Below are positions 27,940 to 37,083 of a DNA stretch of 64,000 nucleotides, in pieces; the first letter of the stretch is position 1, and the number at the start of each line of letters is the position of its first letter. The stretch comes from an uncultured Desulfosarcina sp. (GTDB taxonomy: Bacteria > Desulfobacterota > Desulfobacteria > Desulfobacterales > Desulfosarcinaceae). The notes beneath the pieces were generated by a model. That model did not search any database and had not been told where the DNA came from. It was given only the letters and a program-made list of their open reading frames with translations. Made by a program: the position numbers and the translations under genes. The DNA is taken from contig CAXXWQ010000003.1 in the NCBI GenBank assembly GCA_963674945.2, forward strand, positions 1,984,001 through 2,048,000. The letters run 5' to 3'.

Positions 27940-28206
27940 ATGTCGGAAGTATTTGACGAACTTTTTTATGATGAAAAAGTTTATGATTATCTCGACCCAC
28001 TTTCTAAAAACACCCCTACATATAAAGAACGTGATTGTATAGAGGAACTTTTCAAGAAAGTATGTAAGGGCATAGATCCGCTATATCCCATTCCAAATCA
28101 GCCTGGTGCCTACCAACCGATTGAGGATTGTAATCACGAAATTTTGTTTGCAAAAAGGAAAAAAAAGCTAGTTGCCATTAATATTCGACGAGTAAAAAAT
28201 CCTTAA
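27940..28206 (+). CDS. Small protein, possible divergent RelE-fold toxin
   Basis: 88 aa, directly after the Phd-like gene; C-terminal beta-strand pattern EILF...LVAINIR. Confidence 0.5.
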   Translation: MSEVFDELFYDEKVYDYLDPLSKNTPTYKERDCIEELFKKVCKGIDPLYPIPNQPGAYQPIEDCNHEILFAKRKKKLVAINIRRVKNP

Positions 28207-28216
28207 AGTATATTTC

Positions 28217-28492
28217 ATGAAAACGTTATATACAATTCTTCAGCTAATTGGCTTGATTTTAGAAATCATTGGTGTTGTATGTATGGCTAATATGTACGTA
28301 AAAATCCACCCAAAATGGAAAATAATCAAACAATTAGGCAGTGCGTTAGTTGGAGGAAAATTGTTTCGAGGGGCAACGAGTGGGGGAACTTACCTTACAG
28401 AAAATATTGGCGTGTCTTTTCGTGGACTATCTCTTGTTGGTTTAGGATTTTGCGTTCAAGCAATTGGTGTGATTTTATCCTTTTTTATGTAA
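28217..28492 (+). CDS. Two-TM membrane protein
   Basis: IGL.L.I.G and GL.LV.LGF..Q..G helices. Confidence 0.7.
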   Translation: MKTLYTILQLIGLILEIIGVVCMANMYVKIHPKWKIIKQLGSALVGGKLFRGATSGGTYLTENIGVSFRGLSLVGLGFCVQAIGVILSFFM

Positions 28493-28524
28493 CATTTATA
28501 TCTGTCTTTTTTTAACACAAACTC

Positions 28525-28550
28525 AAACCGCCTTTAAAAGGCGGTTTTTT
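28525..28550. terminator. Intrinsic terminator between convergent operons
   Basis: AAACCGCCTTT-A-AAAGGCGGTTTTTT. Confidence 0.8.
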
Positions 28551-28581
28551 CAATTCAAAATTATCTGCCTCAATTTATAAA

Positions 28582-29655
28582 TTAATTCACATTACACATA
28601 AATGTTTCTCTATTCTGAACGCAAACATGCCAAGTATATTTTCCTTCTACCGAATCGAAATGATAAATTTGTATAGTTGGATACGCGTTAGGCTGATATT
28701 CCGTTCCCAATTTAAAAACAGTAGAGGCCTGAGCCGCTATAAATAAATGAACTTTTTCGATTTGGGCATAACCATCCTTTCCGCGCAAATTCCGTATCAA
28801 ATCATGAATCTTTTTTAATATTCTATTAAGCTTTTCACTGCTACTCATGGCGTCAGTACGAGGACCGTCACCGCTTAAATGAATCCATATAGTTTTATCC
28901 GATAAATCATTAGGAATCTGCGATTTTGGAATATCAATGGTGAAGGGCAATGCAATTGCGATTTCAGTACCAGAAAAATTTATCGGAAAAGTGATATCTA
29001 TATCTTCTAAATCATCCATATCATCCAGTGTGTGCCACTTTAGCTTAAATCTATTGTAATCCATAGTAATAAGATTTGCTCGGTTAGCGATTTCCACCCC
29101 TGCGGCATATAAAAGCGGGACAGGAGCAAGACCGGCAAATACTAAAAATGGAGTATCAGTACCAGTATCAATATATCTTTCGTTTAAAATTCTGCTGAAT
29201 ATCTGAATTTCAGCAAGCGCCTTTTCAGGAGAAATAGATGCCGTGTTTATGGTCAATGAATTCACATTCCCGTAACGGTATTTCGGGGGCATATCTTTGA
29301 TTGGAGGCGAATCATGCATGCCCGGCAATCCTCGGAAATATATCAGGCAGGATTTACGGTGCTTATTAACCTGTCTTAGCCCCCATATTCCAATTATTAC
29401 CCCTAAGAGCGCCAGGATTAATCCCGTATACGTAACGGTATCTGGTCCGATACTAACAGAAAAAGATGCTGGTAGACCCTCCGGTTTAATTTCAAAAACA
29501 ACCAGCAGCCACCATATCCCGCCGGGTGCCATTAGGCCGACACCTAAAGTCAAAAGAAACCGTGCAAAGCTGGTTATTGGATCAACAGACCTGAATTTCA
29601 GCCATTGGTTCCAGAACTGCCAACATAGATTCACTACCTTATCAAACATTTTCAT
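28582..29655 (-). CDS. CBASS 2TM-SAVED effector
   Basis: Two N-terminal TMs; FAGLAPVPL..AAG, VHLFIAAQAS.VF.LG SAVED motifs. Confidence 0.9.
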   Translation of the reverse strand: MKMFDKVVNLCWQFWNQWLKFRSVDPITSFARFLLTLGVGLMAPGGIWWLLVVFEIKPEGLPASFSVSIGPDTVTYTGLILALLGVIIGIWGLRQVNKHRKSCLIYFRGLPGMHDSPPIKDMPPKYRYGNVNSLTINTASISPEKALAEIQIFSRILNERYIDTGTDTPFLVFAGLAPVPLLYAAGVEIANRANLITMDYNRFKLKWHTLDDMDDLEDIDITFPINFSGTEIAIALPFTIDIPKSQIPNDLSDKTIWIHLSGDGPRTDAMSSSEKLNRILKKIHDLIRNLRGKDGYAQIEKVHLFIAAQASTVFKLGTEYQPNAYPTIQIYHFDSVEGKYTWHVCVQNRETFMCNVN

Positions 29656-30139
29656 TCACCTCCGGAATTACCACTGTAGCTAACTCTACAAATTGAGCCG
29701 ACCGGTTTCCCCGCCATACACGGATATTTCTGGTCCCGATGATCAAAAAAAATAAAAATTCACCAAAGAATTCTCCCCGTCTCAGAGTATTTTTCCAATC
29801 TTTAAAATCAACCCTTGAAGGATGCGGTGTGGGTTCAGGGTGGGTATGCCAGAGCCCGACAAGAGTTTGGGTTTTGTCTGATAATTTCCATTTCTGATAA
29901 ACTAATTTGTTATGATGGGCTGATCGGAAGAAAAAGGTATAACGTCGTTTATCCCGGCGTGTCGGCTCAGTAATACTATCTACAACAATGTGATCGCCTA
30001 CCAGTAAATGCCGCCCGATTAATAATCCGCCCGCTTCCTTTCTTCGTTTGTCAATTTGTCGATAAGATATTAATCTGTCGACAACACTTTCAAGCACAAT
30101 AAGTTTGCGTTTATTTTCTATTGGACAAGAAAGCCGCAT
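29642..30139 (-). CDS. cap3: CBASS Cap3 JAB deubiquitinase-like protein
   Basis: EAGGLLIG, GLWHTHPE...PS..D. Confidence 0.92.
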   Translation of the reverse strand: MRLSCPIENKRKLIVLESVVDRLISYRQIDKRRKEAGGLLIGRHLLVGDHIVVDSITEPTRRDKRRYTFFFRSAHHNKLVYQKWKLSDKTQTLVGLWHTHPEPTPHPSRVDFKDWKNTLRRGEFFGEFLFFLIIGTRNIRVWRGNRSAQFVELATVVIPEVNENV

Positions 30140-31899
30140 TAAGTAGTTTTCCCGCAAACCGGACAAGACGGTTTGGCATAATCATTGGAATTAATTTCCG
30201 GCGGCATGGATGCCGCTTTATTGTACCAGTCGCTAAGCTCCAACTTTTCCCTTAAAGCTTCGGAACTGTCTCCGACCCAAAATTTATAGCAGGCCGACTT
30301 ATTGTTAACGATATAATTTAAAGCCAGTTCGCTTGTCATAGTGGCCGTTTTAATAGCGTCCAATGCTGAAAAAGGCGTAAAACCACCCCCACAGCCGGTA
30401 AGGTCTTTGCCGACCATCTGGTACGGCTTTAAGAATGATGATCTAAAATACGGTCCTTGTGGGCCTTTCTCTATTAAGCATTCTAAACAGCCGTTTGAAT
30501 TGTGATCGATAAGTATCGCGTGACCGCCAATTCCGCAAGCTTCCAACCAACAGCAAATTAACGGTGGCGGAGATTTAATTTTATAAAACTCTTTGTTCAT
30601 CTCGCGCAAACCAGTCAAGTCAGCAGTCGCGTCAATTATGATATCAACCTCTTGCAAGCCATTTTTCTCTAACCATTTTTCCCTTTTAATCGGTTCAGGG
30701 ATCACCTTGATATACGGGAGCCTCTGGCTAAGATTTTGATAAATAGCCTCGGCTTTTCGATTTCCAATGTCTTCACCCCCCAATAAATGGCGGTGAATGT
30801 TATCCGCGGACAAAATATCGTCGTCAATTACAACCAATTTACCGATACCGCTAAGCGCCAGTTGTTCCGCAATTCTTGAACCGACCGCGCCGCCTCCGAT
30901 TATAGCCACCGAAATATCATATATCGATTTATTTGCTCCCCCCCGTTCTACAAGGTACTCTCGATTCTGTCTTAAAATGTTAATTGGTGAGACATTCCAG
31001 TTTTGTATATCCTTGCTGAGAAAAAAAGGATATTTTGAGCGGCCCGAAATAGTGACGCCGAACATGGCCTTATGCCGGGATGGCCGGATTTGTGAAAAAA
31101 TAAAGAACTCAGTCCGATCCTTTTCTTTCCGGTTTTTAGTTTTTTCAGCTTTTCTTAGTAGTTGGGTGAACTTATCACGGTCTGACGGTTTAATACTGTT
31201 ATATAATTTTTTAACATAATTGGGGGTCAGGCCGGCGTCCATATCAGGTGGGAAGCCAGGAATATGGAGCGGAATATAATATCCTTTTTTAATTTGATTT
31301 TTTTTAAATCTTTCCGTGTATCCGTAGTTTTCTGGTAAAGTCGAATTATAGCATAAGTTCGGAGTTGTTTTTCTCCTAAAAGTCTTTTTCTTAGAGGAAG
31401 AGGAACTGATTTTAAAATTAATTTTACTTACTTTATCACCAGGCTCAAAAAAACAATGGATAGTCGTAATTTCCGGAAGCGATTGCCAATATCCTTCAAA
31501 CTCTTCAAATAGTTCGGTAAGATCCCTGTGGTAACTGCCTTTAAGGACTTTGATGACCTGATCGATAGATTGATATAGTACGGCTTTCGGATTATCCGCA
31601 TTAATAAAAATACTCGCAGACTTATCAATAAAGCAGATATCACCGTTAAAATTGACATGATTATGAAAATCGTGTGTTTCTGGCGAAGATAAAAAGAAAT
31701 AAGGAAGAGCGTTAGGAAAATTTATGGGTTCACAAATTAAAAGTTCATATTCAATTTTGCCAGCTTGAACCAGGCATGAAAAGGCTTTTGAAAGTTTCTT
31801 TTTGTAACCATCAATTCTTTTCGGAAGGCTCTCGATCTCTACGGCTTCGACGAAAATTATTTTAGCATGATCCCGCAATAAAATTTCAAAATCATACAA
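30139..31899 (-). CDS. cap2: CBASS Cap2 E2-E1 (ThiF) protein
   Basis: E2-like FP..LP, HVN..GDIC; E1 IIGGGAVGS, D.D.L...NI.RH, CLEC, C-terminal CPVC. Confidence 0.92.
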   Translation of the reverse strand: MYDFEILLRDHAKIIFVEAVEIESLPKRIDGYKKKLSKAFSCLVQAGKIEYELLICEPINFPNALPYFFLSSPETHDFHNHVNFNGDICFIDKSASIFINADNPKAVLYQSIDQVIKVLKGSYHRDLTELFEEFEGYWQSLPEITTIHCFFEPGDKVSKINFKISSSSSKKKTFRRKTTPNLCYNSTLPENYGYTERFKKNQIKKGYYIPLHIPGFPPDMDAGLTPNYVKKLYNSIKPSDRDKFTQLLRKAEKTKNRKEKDRTEFFIFSQIRPSRHKAMFGVTISGRSKYPFFLSKDIQNWNVSPINILRQNREYLVERGGANKSIYDISVAIIGGGAVGSRIAEQLALSGIGKLVVIDDDILSADNIHRHLLGGEDIGNRKAEAIYQNLSQRLPYIKVIPEPIKREKWLEKNGLQEVDIIIDATADLTGLREMNKEFYKIKSPPPLICCWLEACGIGGHAILIDHNSNGCLECLIEKGPQGPYFRSSFLKPYQMVGKDLTGCGGGFTPFSALDAIKTATMTSELALNYIVNNKSACYKFWVGDSSEALREKLELSDWYNKAASMPPEINSNDYAKPSCPVCGKTT

Positions 31900-31901
31900 A
31901 A

Positions 31902-32897
31902 CTATGCGCTTTCTCCAGCCGGGACAAAACCGGCCACAGTTGCTTTCTTAGCGGTATCTTTAGATTCCGGAACCGGAAAGTCATCACCGAATTGTTTCCT
32001 CAATATTTTACAGGCCTCCTCTTCTAAATCCTCATCCCGTGCTTCCTTCAAAGCGTCTCGCAGGGTTTCAAGCTTTTCGTTAAATGCGTCCATCTGGCTT
32101 TGCGTCATCTTGGCATTAAGATCACCGTATGGCTGAACCGGCAGGGAGATTGTTAGCCAATCATTATTATCAAAATTATTTAACATCATATCACATAAGG
32201 AAATCAGGGCGTTAATATCCTCATATTCACCAGAAAACAAATCCTTATATGGGGAGAACCATTTTACGGCCGCAATTGTAAGGGCAATACTGAACGGTTT
32301 GCCTGAATATAGCTTTTGGTCCCGCCACTTTTTAAGATAGCGGATACAGCGGCGCATTTGCGCTTTGTCATTGGCGTCGGTGAATCGGTTGTTAACTTCA
32401 TTGATCAAACCCTTGGGGTCGGATATTTCCCAAAATTTTTTTTCGGAGTCTGAAAATTCTTTACCCATGGCAATATCAAGGAGCGATTCATACTGGCGTT
32501 TAACATAAATTGCCAAGTCAACATGATAATCTACTTCACCATTTTTTAGATATTCCACGGTAACGCATGGCCGCCTTATCGCGACACTGCGGTTGCCTTT
32601 GTTTAACGCGGTCTTTACAATTTTCTTTAATTCGACCGGATCTTCATAATCATCTTTATGGCAATCAAATATGATCCCCTCATCAATGTCATAATTGCCA
32701 TCCTTGGGATTAATTCCGGTAAACATAGCATAGCTGCCCTGGTCAAAATTTTCAAAAGCGGGAGCGTCATCAGGTAAGCCGGCTTTCAGGTCATCAATCA
32801 ACAATTTCCTTTTTTCGCGCAGGGTTTGATTCTCATTGAAGTTGTCGAGTTTTATTTTATTATGGAACTCAATAAATCGGTTCTGCACCTTAGGCAT
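31902..32897 (-). CDS. cGAS/DncV-like nucleotidyltransferase (CD-NTase)
   Basis: QGSYAM.T, DIDEG, RRPCVTV, HVDLAIY, IRYLKKWR, FG.DFP; C-terminus GESA. Confidence 0.95.
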   Translation of the reverse strand: MPKVQNRFIEFHNKIKLDNFNENQTLREKRKLLIDDLKAGLPDDAPAFENFDQGSYAMFTGINPKDGNYDIDEGIIFDCHKDDYEDPVELKKIVKTALNKGNRSVAIRRPCVTVEYLKNGEVDYHVDLAIYVKRQYESLLDIAMGKEFSDSEKKFWEISDPKGLINEVNNRFTDANDKAQMRRCIRYLKKWRDQKLYSGKPFSIALTIAAVKWFSPYKDLFSGEYEDINALISLCDMMLNNFDNNDWLTISLPVQPYGDLNAKMTQSQMDAFNEKLETLRDALKEARDEDLEEEACKILRKQFGDDFPVPESKDTAKKATVAGFVPAGESA

Positions 32898-32997
32898 GTT
32901 AAATCTCCTTTTACATCGATAGTATTTCTTTAATAAATAATAGATCTAAAACATTATAATCCTTTATGATACCTCTGTTCTTAAATACGAATAATTT

Positions 32998-33072
32998 ACC
33001 ATAACGCAGCTTATTTGTTTGTCAATACCATATATTGTGCGATATCATCGCAATGGATACAATATAGAGTGC
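32998..33072 (-). promoter_or_regulatory. Putative CBASS promoter with tandem NrdR-like boxes
   Basis: TTGACA (33025-33020), 16 nt, TATGGT; boxes ATACCATATATTGTGC (33025-33040) and ATACAATATAGAGTGC (33057-33072). Confidence 0.6.
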
Positions 33073-33183
33073 CACAAAGTGGTATGCTACTTTCTTGTTT
33101 AAAAATGTCAGTCAAATTATCCGATTCATTCAATACCATTTTTAATAATAATAAGAGGCACATCCACTAAAGAATAATAATTC

Positions 33184-33312
33184 CTATTTTTTGATTTTTA
33201 TAGTTTCAACGACAGCGGTTCTTTTACGTCTTTCCGCTTCTTTCACCGGGATAAATTTACCGGTCCCGGCGTCTCTTCCAATCTTTCTGGTATTTGTTCT
33301 TTTCTTTCCCAT
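33184..33312 (-). CDS. Small basic protein (42 aa, GRDAxTGxFI motif)
   Basis: MGKKRTNTRKIGRDAGTGKFIPVKEAERRKRTAVVETIKIKK; AAAGGA RBS. Confidence 0.8.
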   Translation of the reverse strand: MGKKRTNTRKIGRDAGTGKFIPVKEAERRKRTAVVETIKIKK

Positions 33313-33326
33313 TTCGAAATCCTTTC

Positions 33327-33585
33327 TTAATTGACCGTATAGTATTTCCACGGAATTGCATTCATCGGAACTTGAGATAAAAAGCGCACAATATCCCGAC
33401 GCCCATAATAAGTGGGAGTGCCTCTATGGTTTTGTGCCATTAGAACAACCGGCATATGGAAATAGACTGGCAAAGCTACGAATCGCTTCATTCGCTTGGC
33501 AAGAGCTTTGGGTGACTTGGTGTTTTACCACTACAATGGCAAAAGTTACGTTTTGTTCTTTTATGACCGCTCCTTGAATTCTCAT
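33327..33585 (-). pseudogene. Small hypothetical gene with a frameshift
   Basis: MRIQGAVIKEQNVTFAIVVVK...SLFP / MPVVLMAQNHRGTPTYYGRRDI...PWKYYTVN; 259 nt, frames offset near 33455. Confidence 0.65.
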
Positions 33586-33603
33586 TCTATCCTTTCCCTT
33601 TCA

Positions 33604-33688
33604 TATATAATACGATGACGGGTTACAGGTTTTATGATATGGAAGATACATTTCCATCTTCTAATATAATATACGACATGGGGTTACA
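33604..33688 (-). promoter_or_regulatory. Two copies of TGTAACC-N5-TCGTAT-N2-TATA
   Basis: 33604-33627 and 33665-33688; third copy at 36621-36644. Confidence 0.75.
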
Positions 33689-33699
33689 GAGGAGGGGAT

Positions 33700-34224
33700 A
33701 TGGATAAACCAAGATACGGCTATGCCAGGCAACTAGCCAGAAAAGTAATAAAAGATTGTTGTGGTGCTTGCCCGCCGGTTGATTTAAAATCAATCTTAGC
33801 TCAAAAAGGTTTTGAGTATATTGAGGTAGATAACTTTCTTGATGATATCGATGCTTTATTTTTACGTAATGAAAACGACGGAAAAACCTATGCCGCCGTG
33901 AATAAGAACCATCATGTCCATCGACAGCGATTCTCTCTGGCTCATGAATTTGGGCATATTTTGATGAACCATGATCTTAATTACTATCGGCCCTACATTA
34001 CTATTGACGATCCCCCTACAGAGAAAACCCATACCGATGCTGAAGCGGCCTCTGAAAAAGAGGCTAATGCCTTTGCTGGTGAACTCTTAGTGCCGTTAGA
34101 AATGCTAAAGAAGGAATTCGAAAAGACTCCTCCTGATATAAAGCAATTATCAAAGATATTCTGGGTGAGCCCGCAGGTAGCAAGTATCGCTGTGAGCAAC
34201 CATATGAGCGCATTATATAAGTAA
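33700..34224 (+). CDS. ImmA/IrrE (CapP-like) metallopeptidase
   Basis: RQRFSLAHEFGH (HExxH); EKEANAFAGELL. Confidence 0.93.
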   Translation: MDKPRYGYARQLARKVIKDCCGACPPVDLKSILAQKGFEYIEVDNFLDDIDALFLRNENDGKTYAAVNKNHHVHRQRFSLAHEFGHILMNHDLNYYRPYITIDDPPTEKTHTDAEAASEKEANAFAGELLVPLEMLKKEFEKTPPDIKQLSKIFWVSPQVASIAVSNHMSALYK

Positions 34225-34905
34225 GTCTTTAGCGTCTCTTTTAAGTAATTCCTGTTTTAGGGAATCTATGTAAGCGGATTCGATTTTTTCCGTTTCCACT
34301 CGGCCATGACCCTTCTTTTTTTCAATCGCCGCTTGAAGGGCATCCATGGCGTGTGCTATTCGAGCGCTTTTGTCTCCGGCGTCTGACTTGATCGATGACC
34401 TTGCCATTCCGCTTATTCTTTGCCGTTTAGCCGCATTAGTAGCCAAAAATGCATTCAAAGTAGTAACAATATCAGTGATGGTCAGTCTGAACAATTGCAT
34501 AATATCCGCCATATCTTTAGCCATCAGTTTCAACGGATTGATCTGGCCATTTTCTAATCTCTCAACAAACGAGGATTCTTTATTTAAGGAATGAGCAACC
34601 TGGGAATGTGATAATCCGCTCCTATCTCTGATCAGTTGGAGAAAGCGTCCCAAGGGTAGGCTTGAAATATGTGTTTTAGCGCGAGCTTCCACAATTGCGT
34701 TTTCTGAAGAAGCTTTGGCTACTATATTATAAAAAGTGTCTTTTTCAGTGATTTTCAATTCTGTCGGCTCTATCTGATTAAATAGCCTCTCAAGATTATC
34801 TTCCATGGCGCTGTCAAAAGCACCATTCTCGGCCATGGCCCGCAATTCTGCATCAAACCTCGTCAAATCCAATTTTTTGATTTTATCAATTTGATGTTTT
34901 TTCAT
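34213..34905 (-). CDS. XRE-type HTH-containing protein (candidate anti-sigma/repressor)
   Basis: LGRFLQLIRDRSGLSHSQVA.......ERLENG; overlaps the 3' end of the sigma gene. Confidence 0.75.
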   Translation of the reverse strand: MKKHQIDKIKKLDLTRFDAELRAMAENGAFDSAMEDNLERLFNQIEPTELKITEKDTFYNIVAKASSENAIVEARAKTHISSLPLGRFLQLIRDRSGLSHSQVAHSLNKESSFVERLENGQINPLKLMAKDMADIMQLFRLTITDIVTTLNAFLATNAAKRQRISGMARSSIKSDAGDKSARIAHAMDALQAAIEKKKGHGRVETEKIESAYIDSLKQELLKRDAKDLLI

Positions 34906-35341
34906 TACTGGCCTCAATCCCGAATCTTTTTTTTATTTTTATAGAAACGCATTGATCTTCGTAAGAATCTAAAATGATTAAAATTTTATCTCTCAATTTA
35001 TTTTTTGCTCGATGATAGGCTGTTTTTACAGCTCCGACGGTTTTGTTTAAAGATTTTGCAATTTCTTTTTGCGGGATGTCACAAGCGCAACATCTTAGAA
35101 TTTCTTGATCAGTTTCACTTAGGCATTCAATAGCTTGGCACAAAATCGTTTGGGGTAGGTTTTGCTCTGAGTTTGCAGGTTCCTTCCAAAATGTTTCAGA
35201 ATCCTGAATCCCTTTCGCGGTCCGTTCATCTAAACTTTGTGATATCGAAGGATCTTTAATTTGCTTTATTTTATCTTTGGCGGTGTTGATGGCTATACGT
35301 ACCACCCAAGCGTTAAAGCTACTGCCTCTATTTAAATCAAT

Positions 35342-36389
35342 CTGGGGTATGCACTTGACTCCAGTGGCCACAACATATAGTGTACCAGTCTATGGAGGAA
35401 GATTACCCCAGAACGTTGATAGAATTTGAAAAACGATTTAGCTCTGAAGCTGGATGCACTGACTATTTGATGGCTCTTAGATGGCCCGAAGGCTTCCGTT
35501 GCCCTCATTGCGGTTCTGCATCCTCGTGGAGAACTAAACGATCCCAGTTTCATTGTACTGATTGTGGAAATCAATCTACGATAACTTCCGGTACAATTTT
35601 TCACGGCACCAGAAAGCCCTTGTCTCTTTGGTTTCGGGCTATGTGGCACATTACAGGTCAGAAGTACGGAGCTAATGCACTTGGGCTTCAGAGAGTACTT
35701 AACCTTGGGAGTTATAATACCGCCTGGCAATGGCTCCATAAACTTCGAAGAGCAATGGTTCGTCCAGGACGTGACCGATTGTCCGGGATTGTTGAAGTTG
35801 ATGAAACCTATGTCGGTGGGAAAAAGTCTGGAAAACGCGGTCGGGGTGCTGAAGGTAAAGCTTTGGTCGGTATTGCCGTGGAGGATAAAGGCCGAAAAGG
35901 AATTGGGCGAATTAGACTCTGGCACCTCGAAGACGCATCGGGAGATAGTCTGACTCAATTTGTACAAGAAATCGCCCAGCCAGGCAGCACCATCAGGACG
36001 GATGATTGGCCCGGCTATAGCAGCCTTGGCGATAAAGGATTTAAGCATATTGCGATTCCATCGCATGACTTGAAGATTGTACATTTGGTAGCGTCGCTCA
36101 TGAAACGATGGTTACTTGGTACTTATCAAGGGGCGGTCAGACCGTCTCATTTGATGTACTATTTGGATGAATTCACATTCAGGTTCAACCGTAGAACATC
36201 AGTGTCTCGCGGAAAACTATTTTACAGGCTGGTCCAACAGGCCGTGATGGTGGACCCTGCCCCAGCTAGTACTCTTAAAGGTGCATCGTTACCGTTTTTG
36301 GAAGGGGCAGCAAATTTAAATCTCGATCCAATTGACGATGACCTGGGCCACAACATATAGTATGTGCTGGATTTAAGTGCATACCCCAG
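35342..36389 (+). mobile_element. IS1595-family element, copy 1
   Basis: IR CTGGGGTATGCACTT; TTAAATCAA duplicated on the flanks. Confidence 0.95.
35380..36360 (+). CDS. IS1595 transposase
   Basis: LRWP.GF.CP.C zinc ribbon, VEVDETYVGG, TDDW, YLDEF.FRFNRR. Confidence 0.95.
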   Translation: MYQSMEEDYPRTLIEFEKRFSSEAGCTDYLMALRWPEGFRCPHCGSASSWRTKRSQFHCTDCGNQSTITSGTIFHGTRKPLSLWFRAMWHITGQKYGANALGLQRVLNLGSYNTAWQWLHKLRRAMVRPGRDRLSGIVEVDETYVGGKKSGKRGRGAEGKALVGIAVEDKGRKGIGRIRLWHLEDASGDSLTQFVQEIAQPGSTIRTDDWPGYSSLGDKGFKHIAIPSHDLKIVHLVASLMKRWLLGTYQGAVRPSHLMYYLDEFTFRFNRRTSVSRGKLFYRLVQQAVMVDPAPASTLKGASLPFLEGAANLNLDPIDDDLGHNI

Positions 36390-36620
36390 TTAAATCAAAT
36401 TTACCAATATTTTTAACAACTTTGTAAAGGCTGTCATTTACCACTTCCAGGCTATCTTGGTGTGATAATCCGTATGATTTGGTCAAAGATAATAACTTGC
36501 CGGAATATCTATCAACCAATAACTTCAGGCAGATAGGATCATTTGCCCTAATACCAAGAACAAGGTCAGAGTCTTTTGTTTGCGCATCCATCTTTATCCG
36601 CATTTGCTTTCATTCTTTTT

Positions 36621-36644
36621 TATACAATACGAAAGTTGGTTACA
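36621..36644 (-). promoter_or_regulatory. Third TGTAACC-N5-TCGTAT-N2-TATA motif, upstream of the sigma gene
   Basis: Ends 17 nt before the sigma ATG. Confidence 0.75.
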
Positions 36645-36745
36645 CAACGAGCAACCATAGCCACGCCGCCACAAATCCCGGCAAGAGGTATTGAAGCAGA
36701 GAAACAAAATCTTTGGCAAATGTCTCCATCAGTGCCTCTAAAAAA

Positions 36746-37066
36746 TTATAAAGCCAAAAGCTTCAGAAGAGAGGGCACTTTTGATGCGACCTTTACCGCT
36801 ACCTCACCAAGCTGTTCAATTTGGCGCTTTAGCTCCGCTTGACTCGTATTATTGGCAGAGGCGGCTTTAACAACCACCATCAATTCATCATATTTTTGCA
36901 GATCAGTAATTCCCGGGGTGATTTTATCAATTTGGTCGCGGGATAACCCGGCCAGTTCGTTGAGATGATCTTTGTATTTTCCCATGAAAGCTTTTTTGCT
37001 TTCCTTCAATGTCTCTTGTAGATCCGAACTGAAACCCTCTAAATCAAATTCAAAATCATCTGACAT
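36746..37066 (-). CDS. Hypothetical protein
   Basis: AAGGA RBS; operon with the upstream lipoprotein. Confidence 0.75.
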   Translation of the reverse strand: MSDDFEFDLEGFSSDLQETLKESKKAFMGKYKDHLNELAGLSRDQIDKITPGITDLQKYDELMVVVKAASANNTSQAELKRQIEQLGEVAVKVASKVPSLLKLLAL

Positions 37067-37083
37067 TGCATTATATCCTTTCT

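Larger units (their letters stand above)
34886..36603 (-). pseudogene. ECF-type sigma-70 factor split by IS1595
   Basis: Rejoined ...KNIGKFDLNRGSSFNAWVVRIAIN...; region 4 LSETDQEIL...QKEIA..L.KTVGAVKT..HRA. Confidence 0.9.

Noticed and set aside
35332..36084. 250-284 aa ORFs antisense to each IS1595 transposase
   Set aside because: Shadow frames whose ends vary with the insertion site
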